Origin: Macrostomum lignano
Taxonomy: Eukaryota
Reading direction: 5' to 3'
NCBI GenBank assembly: GCA_002269645.1
Contig: NIVC01001050.1
Span: 183,683 to 247,682, forward strand
DNA: 64,000 nt
The notes under the pieces were generated by a model, which saw only the letters and a list, made by a program, of their open reading frames with translations, was not told where the DNA came from and ran no database searches. Positions 52,346 to 64,000 of the stretch are shown here, piece after piece; positions within the stretch are counted from its first letter, which is position 1, and the number at the start of each line of letters is the position of its first letter. The translations under genes and the position numbers were made by a program.

Positions 52346-52645
52346 GTCTGTCTGTCTGTCTCTCTGTTTGTCTGTCTGTCCCTGACTCTACGAAGTCTTC
52401 ACGCTATTCCTTACAGGTCTCTGACTCTGCGCCAGATCTGGGCGGCAACGCAACGAGTCGCAGCCGAATTGGACATCAAGCTGGGCGCCATCACCCAGTC
52501 CAGTCTGGCCGAGTCGCCTTTCAGCTTCAAGTCGATGAACGTTGTGCCGGCTGTCGATCACTCCAGGGCGGTTAGCCTTGGCTTGCCTGACAATGTCGAT
52601 GTGGAATTAATCATCAAGGAATATGTGCGCCGCTTTGTAGCTTAG
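50965..52645 (+). CDS. NAD-dependent epimerase/dehydrogenase (extended SDR), similar to bacterial D-erythronate dehydrogenase DenD; 348 aa
   Basis: Exons 50965-51303, 51713-52191 and 52417-52645, phase-consistent. GANGFLG (GxxGxxG), [19 protein letters not shown]|[28 protein letters not shown] (YxxxK), RPG..N, D..RA..LG near the C-terminus. Confidence 0.88.
51340..51607 (-). mobile_element. tRNA-derived CORE-like SINE, copy 2, in intron 1 of the SDR gene
   Basis: Reverse complement matches 42382-42693 (GAGCGTCGGACTCACGAC, GTGTCCTTAAGCAAGACACTTAA, CTGAACAGCCGTACGCAGC). Confidence 0.8.
52289..52380. repeat. (CTGT)n microsatellite in intron 2 of the SDR gene
   Basis: Direct inspection. Confidence 0.93.
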
Positions 52646-52664
52646 GTGTACGGAGCGAACCTCA

Positions 52665-53079
<415 letters not shown>

Positions 53080-53692
53080 AATATCTATAAAGGATGGTAT
53101 TAAAAAACTTGGGGAGTCAGTTTATTACTTTCATGCCCCAAAAATTGCTGGTTTGCAAAGTTTATTGTGATCACACATCGCAAAGATATTTTTAAACTAC
53201 AGAAGTTGATTTACCAAATAAAAACTTTTAGTGAGACGAAGTGAGTTTACACAATGACAAACTAATATAAGATTTTTGTACTTGTAAAAAATCTTGCTCA
53301 GAATGAGACTAGAGATGAGGATGAGATCTAGAGGTGAGGTCAAGGATGTTGTTAGATTGTAGAATCTAAAAGTTTACATAGTGTGGCTTAGGGTTATTTA
53401 AATGTCGATATTAAAATTACGAAGCATATAAATGTGGTAAAATTGCATTCCTAATTTTCACTGTTGCGCTGAGGTCTGATATTCAATGTTCCTGACAAAT
53501 ATAAAAAGTTTTTAATAGAACATAACAGTGTTCTTTAAAACTTTGCAAAAGAGGATAGAGAGTTAAAATATTAACATGCAGATTTATTTTTCGGTAGCAT
53601 CTTTCATGCTTCACTTATATTCTGTTATAGTATGATCGGCGGATCATTGCGCCTTAAATTGCATCAGAATATCACCGATAAATCAATCAGAT

Positions 53693-55062
53693 CATCATCC
53701 AGTCAGTCAAATCATCACTCAGTCAGTCAAATTATCACTCAGCTAGTTAAATCATCACTCAGTCAGTGAAATCATCACTCAGTCAGTCAAATCATCACTC
53801 AGTCAGTGAAATCATCACTCAGTTAGTCAAATCATCGCTCCGACAGTCAAACCATCACTCCGACAGTCAAATCATCACGTAGACAGTCAAATCATCACTC
53901 AGTCAGTCAAATCATCACTCAGTCAGTCAAATCATCACTCAGACAGTCAAACCATCACTCCGACAGTCAAATCATCACTCCGACAGTCAAATCATCACGT
54001 AGACAGTCAAATCATCACTCAATCAAATCATCACTCCGACAGTCAAATCATTTACTCCGTCAAATCATCACACAGACAGTCAAATCATCACGCAGACAGT
54101 CAAATCATCACTCAGTCAGTCAAATCATCACTCAGACAGTCAAACCATCACTCCGACAGTCAAATCATCACTCCGACAGTCAAATCATTTACTCCGTCAA
54201 ATCATCACACAGACAGTCAAATCATCACGCAGACAGTCAAATCATCACTCAGTCAGTCAAATCATCACTCAGTCAGTCAAATCATCACTCAGACAGTCAA
54301 ATCATCAGTCAAAATAATCACTCAGTCAAATCATCAAGTAGACAGTTAAATCATCACTCAATCAAATCATCACTCCGACAGTCAAATCATTACTCCGTCA
54401 AATCATCACACAGACAGTCAAATCATCACGCAGACAGTCAAATCACCACGCAGACAGTCAAATCATCACTCAGTCAGTCAAATCATCACTCAGACAGTCA
54501 AACCATCACTCCGACAGTCAAATCATCACTCCGACAGTCAAATCATCACTCAATCAAATCATCACTCCGACAGTCAAATCATCACTCAATCAAATCATCA
54601 CTCCGACAGTCAAATCATTTACTCCGTCAAATCATCACGCAGACAGTCAAATCATCACGCAGACAGTCAAATCATCACGCAGACAGTCAAATCATCACGC
54701 AGACAGTCAAATCATCACGCAGACAGTCAAATCATCACGCAGACAGTCAAATCATCACGCAGACAGTCAAATCATCACGCAGACAGTCAAATCATCACGC
54801 AGACAGTCAAATCATCACGCAGACAGTCAAATCATCACGCAGACAGTCAAATCATCACGCAGACAGTCAAATCATCACGCAGACAGTCAAATCATCACGC
54901 AGACAGTTAAATCATCACTCAGTCAAATCATCGCGCAGACAGTTAATCATCCTTGTGAAATCATCACTCAGAGAGTCAAATTATCACTCAGTAAAATCGT
55001 CACTCAGTAGAATCATCACTCAGCTAGTCAAATCATCACTCAGTCAGTCAAATCAACACTCA
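53693..55062. repeat. 20-bp minisatellite (CAGTCAAATCATCACGCAGA and variants)
   Basis: Degenerate flanks with a homogeneous core at about 54630-54905. Confidence 0.95.
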
Positions 55063-55170
55063 GCCAATCTGAATCAATAAAGGCAAAGCTCATAAACTTG
55101 TCAATCAGACAAAATCTGTCTATATTTGACTTGTCAGCCATTAAAAGTCCTTGAACTCGGGACCAGGTGG

Positions 55171-58100
55171 TCAGTTGCTCCTGACGAGGTTCACATAGGC
55201 CCGTCTGCTAAGTTTATAGCGCACGGTCAGCTGGCACACGTAGGGCGCCGCCCAGTCGGCTCGACGACCCGGTCGCTGCTTTAGTCGACTTCGTCTTCGA
55301 AGTCGTTGACGACGACGACGACGACGACGACTTTGACGACGACCGGCACGACTTTTATTTTTCGGCTTCGACTGGCTCAGGCGGCATCGGCGACTTTTCA
55401 GCCAGCGATTGCGGTGGACGAAAGCGCAATCGGCACGTCGACGAGGGTGTCCGCGGGCCCAGCGGAGGCCGCCAGCCAGAGCTGAGGCAACGTCCTCGCC
55501 GCTCGGCTGGCGCCAGCGGCCGTCTTTGCCGCGGTAGAGACCTTAATGATGGTGGGGTGTGGGTTCAAGCATGTGGGTTCTAGCGAGTGGGTTCTAGCGA
55601 GTGGGTTCTAGCGAGTGGGTTCTAGCGAGTGGGTTCTAGCGAGTGGGTTCTAGCGAGTGGGTTCTAGAGAGTGGCTTCTATCGTGTGGGTTCTAGAGAGT
55701 GGGTTCTATCGTGTGGGTTCTAGAGAGTGGGTTCTATCGTGTGGGTTCTAGAGAGTGGGTTCTATCGTGTGGGTTCTAGAGAGTGGGTTCTATCGTGTGG
55801 GTTCTAGATAGTGGGTTCTTTCGTGTGGGTTCTAGAGAGTGGGTTCTAGCGTGTGGGAGTTCTAGCGAGTGGGTTCTAGCAAGTGGGTTCTAGCGAGTGG
55901 GTTCTAGCGAGTGGGTTCTAGCGAGTGGGTTCTAGCGAGTGGGTTCTAGAGAGTGGGTTCTATCGTGTGGGTTCTAGAGAGTGGCTTCTATCGTGTGGGT
56001 TCTAGAGAGTGGGTTCTATCGTGTGGGTTCTAGAGAGTGGGTTCTATCGTGTGGGTTCTAGAGAGTGGGTTCTATCGTGTGGGTTCTAGATAGTGGGTTC
56101 TTTCGTGTGGGTTCTAGAGAGTGGGTTCTAGCGTGTGGGAGTTCTAGCGAGTGGGTTCTAGCGAGTGGGTTCTAGCGAGTGGGTTCTAGCGAGTGGGTTC
56201 TAGCGTGTGGGAGTTCTAGCGAGTGGGTTCTAGCGAGTGGGTTCTAGCGTGCGGGAGTTCTAGCGAGTGGGTTCTAGCATGTGGATTCTAGCGTGTGGGT
56301 TCTTGCGTGTGGGTTCTTGTGTGTGGGTTCTTGCGTGTGGGAATTCTAGCGTGTGGGTTCTAGCGAGTGGGTTCTAGCGAGTGGGTTCTAGCGAGTGGGT
56401 TCTAGCGAGTGGGTTCTAGCGAGTGGGTTCTAGCGTGTGGGAGTTCTAGCGAGTGGGTTCTAGCATGTGGATTCTAGCGTGTGGGAATTCTAGCGTGTGG
56501 GTTCTAGCGTGTGGGTTCTAGCAAGTCACCCATTAAAGAATAGCGAGAAATTCTTGCAAAGCGACACCAATCCAGCGCTCACCAATCCAATAGCGCTTTC
56601 TGGTACGCAGATTCTTGCGAATCCAGCGCGCATCAGCTGCGCTGCCCAGCTCCAAGAGGCGGGCTCCGTACTTGGCGCACTCGGCGGTCGCTGCAGTGTA
56701 GTTGAGCCGCGCCTTGAACAGGCGAACGCAGGAGAGGCCTGACTTGGCTGTCCAGCCTTCGGGATTCAGATGGAGGTGATTCTGGAGTGCTAGTTGCACC
56801 CCTGGTGCTGGCGCCCCTGGTGCTGGCGCCCCTGGTGCTGGCGCCCCTGGTGCTGGCGCCCCTGGTGCTGGCGCCCCTGGTGCTGGCGCCCCTGGTGCTG
56901 GCGCCCCTGGTGCTGGCGCCCCTAATGCTGGCGCCCCTGGTGCTGGCGCCCCTGGTGCTGGCGCCCCTGGTGCTGGCGCCCCTGGTGCTGGCGCCCCTGG
57001 TGCTGGCGCCCCTGGTGCTGGCGCCCCTGGTGCTGGCGCCCCTAATGCTGGCGCCCCTGGTGCTAAAACCTCTGGTGCTGGCGCCCCTGGTGCTAAAGCC
57101 CCTTGGTGCTAAAGCCCCTGGTGCTAATGGCGCTCCATCTCAACCCAAATGGCGCCCCTCTAAACCCAAATGGCGCCCCATCTCAACCCAAATGGCGCCC
57201 CCTCTCAACCCAAATGGGGCCCCTCTCAACCCAAATGGGGCCCTCTCAACCCAAATGGGGCCCTCTCAACCCAAATGGCGCCCCTACTCAATCGAAATGG
57301 CGCCCTTCAAGGACGCGACCGTCCCTGCTACGCGTAAAAGCTACCCTAAACCATAAATAACCGATATGAACCCACAAAAAAAATTTCAAATATATTTTCA
57401 GAGAACCGCAGCCCTACCCGTGGGGCAGTTGATCATCGTCTTGTCCCCTGCGGCAGGAGTTTGAGATTGCCTATCAGTAGCGGAACCGAAGCCGCGGTGA
57501 GGCTGGCGTTGAGACTGGACCACGCTAGCCAGAGTGACCCAGCGGCCGCCGTTGCAGATGTAGCGAACTCCGTCTCCGTTCGAACGCTGCTCGCCGCTCA
57601 GGTAAATTGTGCAGCGTGGGAACTGAAATCGTGGAATTGGCAGCAATAATTTCTGCTTTTATGATCGTCTTTGCAGTTTAAGCTTATGTAGCCTGTGCTC
57701 CGGCCACTAATTGCTGCTTTAAAACAGAGAATAAAATAGCCAATAAATTGTTTTTTTATGTCGTAACGCAAACCAGAGCAAGAGCTTTAAAAACTTTTCA
57801 GTGTCGATGAAGTGAAATTCGAACGCTTCGGGGGTACTTTTGTGCTGCTAAGTACTCTGAAGCTGTACGTATAGAGATCATTCAGTTTGAGCAGCCCTTC
57901 CCTCCCTGCCATTCAGTTTGAGCACCGCTACCCTCCGTGTCCTTCAGTTTGAGCACCGCTACCCTCCGTGTCCTTCAGTTTGAGCACTGCTACCCTCCCT
58001 GTCCTTCAGTTTGAGCACTGCTACCCTACCTGTCCTTCAGTTTGAGCACTGCTACGCTACCTGTCCTTCAGTTTGAGCACTGCTACCCTCCCTGTCCTTC

Positions 58101-61100
58101 AGTTTGAGCACTGCTACCCTCCCTGTCCTTCAGTTTGAGCACTGCTACCCTACCTGTAATTCAGTTTGAGCACCGCTACCCTACCTGTAATTCAATTTGA
58201 GCACCGCTACCCTACCTGTAATTCAATTTGAGCACCGCTACCCTACCTGTAATTCAGTTTGAGCACCGCTACCCTCCCTGTAATTCAGTTTGAGCACCGC
58301 TACCCTACCTGTAATTCAATTTGAGCACCGCTACCCTCCCTGTCCTTCAATTTGAGCACCGCTACCCTACCTGTAATTCAATTTGAGCACCGCTACCCTA
58401 CCTGTAATTCAATTTGAGCACCGCTACCCTCCCTGTAATTCAGTTTGAGCACTGCTACCCTCCCTGTAATTCAGTTTGAGCACCGCTACCCTACCTGTAA
58501 TTCAGTTTGAGCACCGCTACCCTACCTGTAATTCAATTTGAGCACCGCTACCCTACCTGTCCTTCAGTTTGAGCACTGCTACCCTACCTGTCCTTCAGTT
58601 TGAGCACCGCTACCCTACCTGTCCTTCAGTTTGAGCACCGCTACCCTCCCTGTAATTCAGTTTGAGCACCGCTACCCTCCCTGTAATTCAATTTGAGCAC
58701 CGCTACCCTCCCTGTAATTCAGTTTGAGCACCGCTACCCTCCCTGTAATTCAGTTTGAGCACCGCTACCCTACCTGTAATTCAATTTGAGCACCGCTACC
58801 CTCCCTGTCCTTCAATTTGAGCACCGCTACCCTACCTGTAATTCAGTTTGAGCACCGCTACCCTCCCTGTCCTTCAATTTGAGCACCGCTACCCTACCTG
58901 TAATTCAGTTTGAGCACCGCTACCCTCCCTGTAATTCAGTTTGAGCACCGCTACCCTCCCTGTAATTCAGTTTGAGCACCGCTACCCTCCCTGTCCTTCA
59001 GTTTGAGCACCGCTACCCTACCTGTAATTCAGTTTGAGCACTGCTACCCTCCCTGTCCTTCAATTTGAGCACCGCTACCCTACCTGTAATTCAGTTTGAG
59101 CACCGCTACCCTACCTGTAATTCAATTTGAGCACCGCTACCCTCCCTGTCCTTCAATTTGAGCACCGCTACCCTACCTGTAATTCAGTTTGAGCACTGCT
59201 ACCCTCCCTGTAATTCAGTTTGAGCACTGCTACCCTACCTGTAATTCAGTTTGAGCACCGCTACCCTCCCTGTAATTCAGTTTGAGCACTGCTACCCTAC
59301 CTGTAATTCAGTTTGAGCACCGCTACCCTCCCTGTAATTCAATTTGAGCACCGCTACCCTCCCTGTCCTTCAATTTGAGCACCGCTACCCTCCCTGCCCT
59401 TCAGTTTGAGCACCGCTACCCTCCCTGTAATTCAGTTTGAGCACTGCTACCCTACCTGTAATTCAGTTTGAGCACTGCTACCCTCCCTGTAATTCAGTTT
59501 GAGCACTGCTACCCTCCCTGTAATTCAATTTGAGCACCGCTACCCTCCCTGTCCTTCAATTTGAGCACCGCTACCCTACCTGCCCTTCAGTTTGAGCACC
59601 GCTACCCTCCCTGTAATTCAGTTTGAGCACTGCTACCCTCCCTGTAATTCAGTTTGAGCACTGCTACCCTACCTGTAATTCAGTTTGAGCACCGCTACCC
59701 TACCTGTAATTCAATTTGAGCACCGCTACCCTCCCTGTCCTTCAATTTGAGCACCGCTACCCTCCCTGTCCTTCAATTTGAGCACCGCTACCCTACCTGT
59801 AATTCAGTTTGAGCACTGCTACCCTCCCTGTAATTCAGTTTGAGCACCGCTACCCTACCTGTAATTCAATTTGAGCACCGCTACCCTCCGTGTCCTTCAG
59901 TTTGAGCACCGCTACCCTCCGTGTCATTCAGTTTGAGCACTGCTACCCTCCCTGTCCTTCAGTTTGAGCACTGCTACCCTACCTGTCCTTCAGTTTGAGC
60001 ACTGCTACGCTACCTGTCCTTCAGTTTGAGCACTGCTACCCTCCCTGTCCTTCAGTTTGAGCACTGCTACCCTCCCTGTCCTTCAGTTTGAGCACTGCTA
60101 CCCTACCTGTAATTCAGTTTGAGCACCGCTACCCTACCTGTAATTCAATTTGAGCACCGCTACCCTACCTGTAATTCAATTTGAGCACCGCTACCCTACC
60201 TGTAATTCAGTTTGAGCACCGCTACCCTCCCTGTAATTCAGTTTGAGCACCGCTACCCTACCTGTAATTCAATTTGAGCACCGCTACCCTCCCTGTCCTT
60301 CAATTTGAGCACCGCTACCCTACCTGTAATTCAATTTGAGCACCGCTACCCTACCTGTAATTCAATTTGAGCACCGCTACCCTCCCTGTAATTCAGTTTG
60401 AGCACTGCTACCCTCCCTGTAATTCAGTTTGAGCACCGCTACCCTACCTGTAATTCAGTTTGAGCACCGCTACCCTACCTGTAATTCAATTTGAGCACCG
60501 CTACCCTACCTGTCCTTCAGTTTGAGCACTGCTACCCTACCTGTCCTTCAGTTTGAGCACCGCTACCCTACCTGTCCTTCAGTTTGAGCACCGCTACCCT
60601 CCCTGTAATTCAGTTTGAGCACCGCTACCCTCCCTGTAATTCAATTTGAGCACCGCTACCCTCCCTGTAATTCAGTTTGAGCACCGCTACCCTCCCTGTA
60701 ATTCAATTTGAGCACCGCTACCCTCCCTGTAATTCAATTTGAGCACCGCTACCCTCCCTGTCCTTCAATTTGAGCACCGCTACCCTACCTGTAATTCAGT
60801 TTGAGCACCGCTACCCTCCCTGTCCTTCAATTTGAGCACCGCTACCCTACCTGTAATTCAGTTTGAGCACCGCTACCCTCCCTGTAATTCAGTTTGAGCA
60901 CCGCTACCCTCCCTGTAATTCAGTTTGAGCACCGCTACCCTCCCTGTCCTTCAGTTTGAGCACCGCTACCCTCCCTGTAATTCAGTTTGAGCACTGCTAC
61001 CCTCCCTGTCCTTCAATTTGAGCACCGCTACCCTACCTGTAATTCAGTTTGAGCACCGCTACCCTACCTGTAATTCAATTTGAGCACCGCTACCCTCCCT

Positions 61101-63823
61101 GTCCTTCAATTTGAGCACCGCTACCCTACCTGTAAATCAGTTTGAGCACTGCTACCCTCCCTGTAATTCAGTTTGAGCACTGCTACCCTACCTGTAATTC
61201 AGTTTGAGCACCGCTACCCTCCCTGTAATTCAGTTTGAGCACTGCTACCCTACCTGTAATTCAGTTTGAGCACCGCTACCCTACCTGTAATTCAATTTGA
61301 GCACCGCTACCCTCCCTGTCCTTCAATTTGAGCACCGCTACCCTACCTGCCCTTCAGTTTGAGCACCGCTACCCTCCCTGTAATTCAGTTTGAGCACTGC
61401 TACCCTCCCTGTAATTCAGTTTGAGCACTGCTACCCTCCCTGTAATTCAGTTTGAGCACTGCTACCCTCCCTGTAATTCAATTTGAGCACCGCTACCCTA
61501 CCTGCCCTTCAGTTTGAGCACCGCTACCCTCCCTGTAATTCAGTTTGAGCACTGCTACCCTCCCTGTAATTCAGTTTGAGCACTGCTACCCTACCTGTAA
61601 TTCAGTTTGAGCACCGCTACCCTACCTGTAATTCAATTTGAGCACCGCTACCCTCCCTGTCCTTCAATTTGAGCACCGCTACCCTACCTGCCCTTCAGTT
61701 TGAGCACCGCTACCCTCCCTGTAATTCAGTTTGAGCACTGCTACCCTCCCTGTAATTCAGTTTGAGCACTGCTACCCTCCCTGTAATTCAGTTTGAGCAC
61801 CGCTACCCTACCTGTAATTCAATTTGAGCACCGCTACCCTCCCTGTAATTCAGTTTGAGCACTGCTACCCTACCTGTAATTCAGTTTGAGCACCGCTACC
61901 CTACCTGTAATTCAATTTGAGCACCGCTACCCTCCCTGTCCTTCAATTTGAGCACCGCTACCCTCCCTGTCCTTCAATTTGAGCACCGCTACCCTACCTG
62001 CCCTTCAGTTTGAGCACCGCTACCCTCCCTGTAATTCAGTTTGAGCACCGCTACCCTCCCTGTAATTCAGTTTGAGCACTGCTACCCTCCCTGTAATTCA
62101 ATTTGAGCACCGCTACCCTACCTGCCCTTCAGTTTGAGCACCGCTACCCTCCCTGTAATTCAGTTTGAGCACTGCTACCCTCCCTGTAATTCAGTTTGAG
62201 CACTGCTACCCTACCTGTAATTCAGTTTGAGCACCGCTACCCTACCTGTAATTCAATTTGAGCACCGCTACCCTCCCTGTCCTTCAATTTGAGCACCGCT
62301 ACCCTACCTGCCCTTCAGTTTGAGCACCGCTACCCTCCCTGTAATTCAGTTTGAGCACTGCTACCCTCCCTGTAATTCAGTTTGAGCACTGCTACCCTCC
62401 CTGTAATTCAGTTTGAGCACCGCTACCCTACCTGTAATTCAATTTGAGCACCGCTACCCTCCCTGTCCTTCAATTTGAGCACCGCTACCCTACCTGCCCT
62501 TCAGTTTGAGCACCGCTACCCTCCCTGTCCTTCAATTTGAGCACCGCTACCCTACCTGTAATTCAGTTTGAGCACTGCTACCCTCCCTGTAATTCAGTTT
62601 GAGCACCGCTACCCTACCTGTAATTCAATTTGAGCACCGCTACCCTCCCTGTCCTTCAATTTGAGCACCGCTACCCTACCTGCCCTTCAGTTTGAGCACC
62701 GCTACCCTCCCTGTAATTCAGTTTGAGCACCGCTACCCTCCCTGTAATTCAGTTTGAGCACTGCTACCCTCCCTGTAATTCAGTTTGAGCACCGCTACCC
62801 TCCCTGTAATTCAATTTGAGCACTGCTACCCTACCTGTCCTTCAGTTTGAGCATCGCTACCCTACCTGTAATTCAGTTTGAGCAGCCCTTCCCTACCTGT
62901 CCTTCAGTTTGAGCACCGCTACCCTCCCTGTAATTCAGTTTGAGCACTGCTACCCTACCTGTAATTCAGTTTGAGCACTGCTACCCTACCTGTAATTCAG
63001 TTTGAGCACTGCTACCCTACCTGTCCTTCATTTTGAGCACCGCTACCCTACCTGTCCTTCAGTTTGAGCACCGCTACCCTACCTGTAATTCAGTTTGAGC
63101 ACTGCTACCCTACCTGTCCTTCAGTTTGGGCATCGCTACCCTACCTGTAATTCAGTTTGAGCACTGCTACCCTACCTGTCCTTCAGTTTGAGCACTGCTA
63201 CCCTACCTGTAATTCAGTTTGAGCACTGCTACCCTACCTGTCCTTCAGTTTGGGCATCGCTACCCTCCCTGTAATTCAGTTTGAGCACCGCTACCCTCCC
63301 TGTAATTCAGTTTGAGCACTGCTACCCTCCCTGTAATTCAATTTGAGCACCGCTACCCTACCTGTCCTTCAGTTTAAGCACTGCTACCCTCCATGTCCTT
63401 CAATTTGAGCACCGCTACCCTCCCTTCTCTATGACCAACATCCTTCCTAGCTCGTAGCTAACATTTTTTTCAGAAAAGCAATAAAAATCAACGGCACAAG
63501 CACTAACTCACCCCGTCCTTGTTAGCATGCTGCATCTCCTCTCTCTGCAGCTTCCTCAATGCCTCACTAGACGGGACGTGAATGGCGACCTTTTCCTCGT
63601 ATGGCTTGTTGTAATATTTTTCGTTGTGTGAGTATTTTTGTCGATTTTTGTCAGCATTATCGAATTGTTTTTTGTTATTCTTATTGTCATTGTCACTAGA
63701 TTTATCGTTGAACTTTGACTTCTGAACACTGCTAACTGCAGGCTTGTTCAAGTTCAAACCGTTTCGTCCTTGATTTGGATCTTTTTGTCCTTGGTTGGGA
63801 TCCGATGGAGCTTGATCGCTGAA
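55171..63823 (-). CDS. C-type lectin-like domain protein with Arg-rich insertion; 5'-partial
   Basis: Exons 63823-63512, 57622-57418, 56756-56583 and 55541-55171, all phase-consistent. Splicing rebuilds NCPT|GWTAKSGLSCVRLF...ECAKYGARLLEL...RYWI|GLYRGKDGRW...DCAFV...WLKSRRC...PYVCQ. Confidence 0.87.
55573..56522. repeat. 14-bp minisatellite (GTGGGTTCTAGCGA) with 28-bp dimer variants, intronic
   Basis: Direct inspection. Confidence 0.95.
56798..57305. repeat. 15-bp (CCCTGGTGCTGGCGC) array followed by 21-bp (GGCGCCCCTCTCAACCCAAAT) array, intronic
   Basis: Direct inspection; both units share GGCGCCCC. Confidence 0.93.
57884..63421. repeat. 31-bp minisatellite (AGTTTGAGCACCGCTACCCTCCCTGTAATTC), about 179 copies, intronic
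   Basis: Direct inspection; four polymorphic positions and a 1953-bp higher-order duplication. Confidence 0.98.
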
Positions 63824-64000
63824 CTGAAATGTGTGTGTGCGTTAACAGAAAGTCTAATTCAAGCGTCAAAGTCTACCGACATCCCACCGCACAAAAGGGA
63901 CGTAAATTCTTAACATCAAAATCTTTATCGTTCTCAGAAAACAGTTTAACAATCACAGCTCTGCACATTGACCTGTGTTGGGGTTGTAGGTGCAACTGGT

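Noticed and set aside
56787-57356. LVLAP (plus) or PGAPA (minus) repeat as a collagen/elastin-like exon
   Set aside because: Not Gly-X-Y, no ATG, and the flanking exons splice cleanly across it to rebuild CPTGW.
57884-63421. 31-bp array as a CRISPR locus
   Set aside because: No unique spacers; a pure tandem repeat inside a spliceosomal intron.

Overview
Eukaryotic (metazoan) genomic DNA with GT-AG spliced genes; roughly a quarter of the window is micro/minisatellite. The style suggests an invertebrate, possibly a free-living flatworm such as Macrostomum (inference, not provable from the sequence). Gene models were spliced by hand and phase-checked: two tandem divergent ionotropic glutamate receptors (+, one 5'-partial, one complete with 12 exons); a Crypton-like tyrosine-recombinase fragment nested in the last intron of the second; a 2-exon 197-aa gene (-) with a BH3-like motif; a PAN/Apple exon and a QPD C-type lectin exon (-); a shortened, catalytically dead M13/neprilysin homologue (+); a secreted protein built only of four divergent TSP1 repeats (-); a very acidic repeat protein (+); an intron-containing NAD-dependent epimerase/dehydrogenase resembling bacterial DenD (+); and a C-type lectin with a poly-Arg insertion (-, 5'-partial). 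Also hAT-type MITEs, tRNA-derived SINEs, foldback elements and many tandem arrays, including a 5.5-kb 31-mer array with a 63-monomer higher-order duplication. Most long ORFs in the supplied track are repeat artefacts. Family assignments come from recalled motifs; no database search was run.
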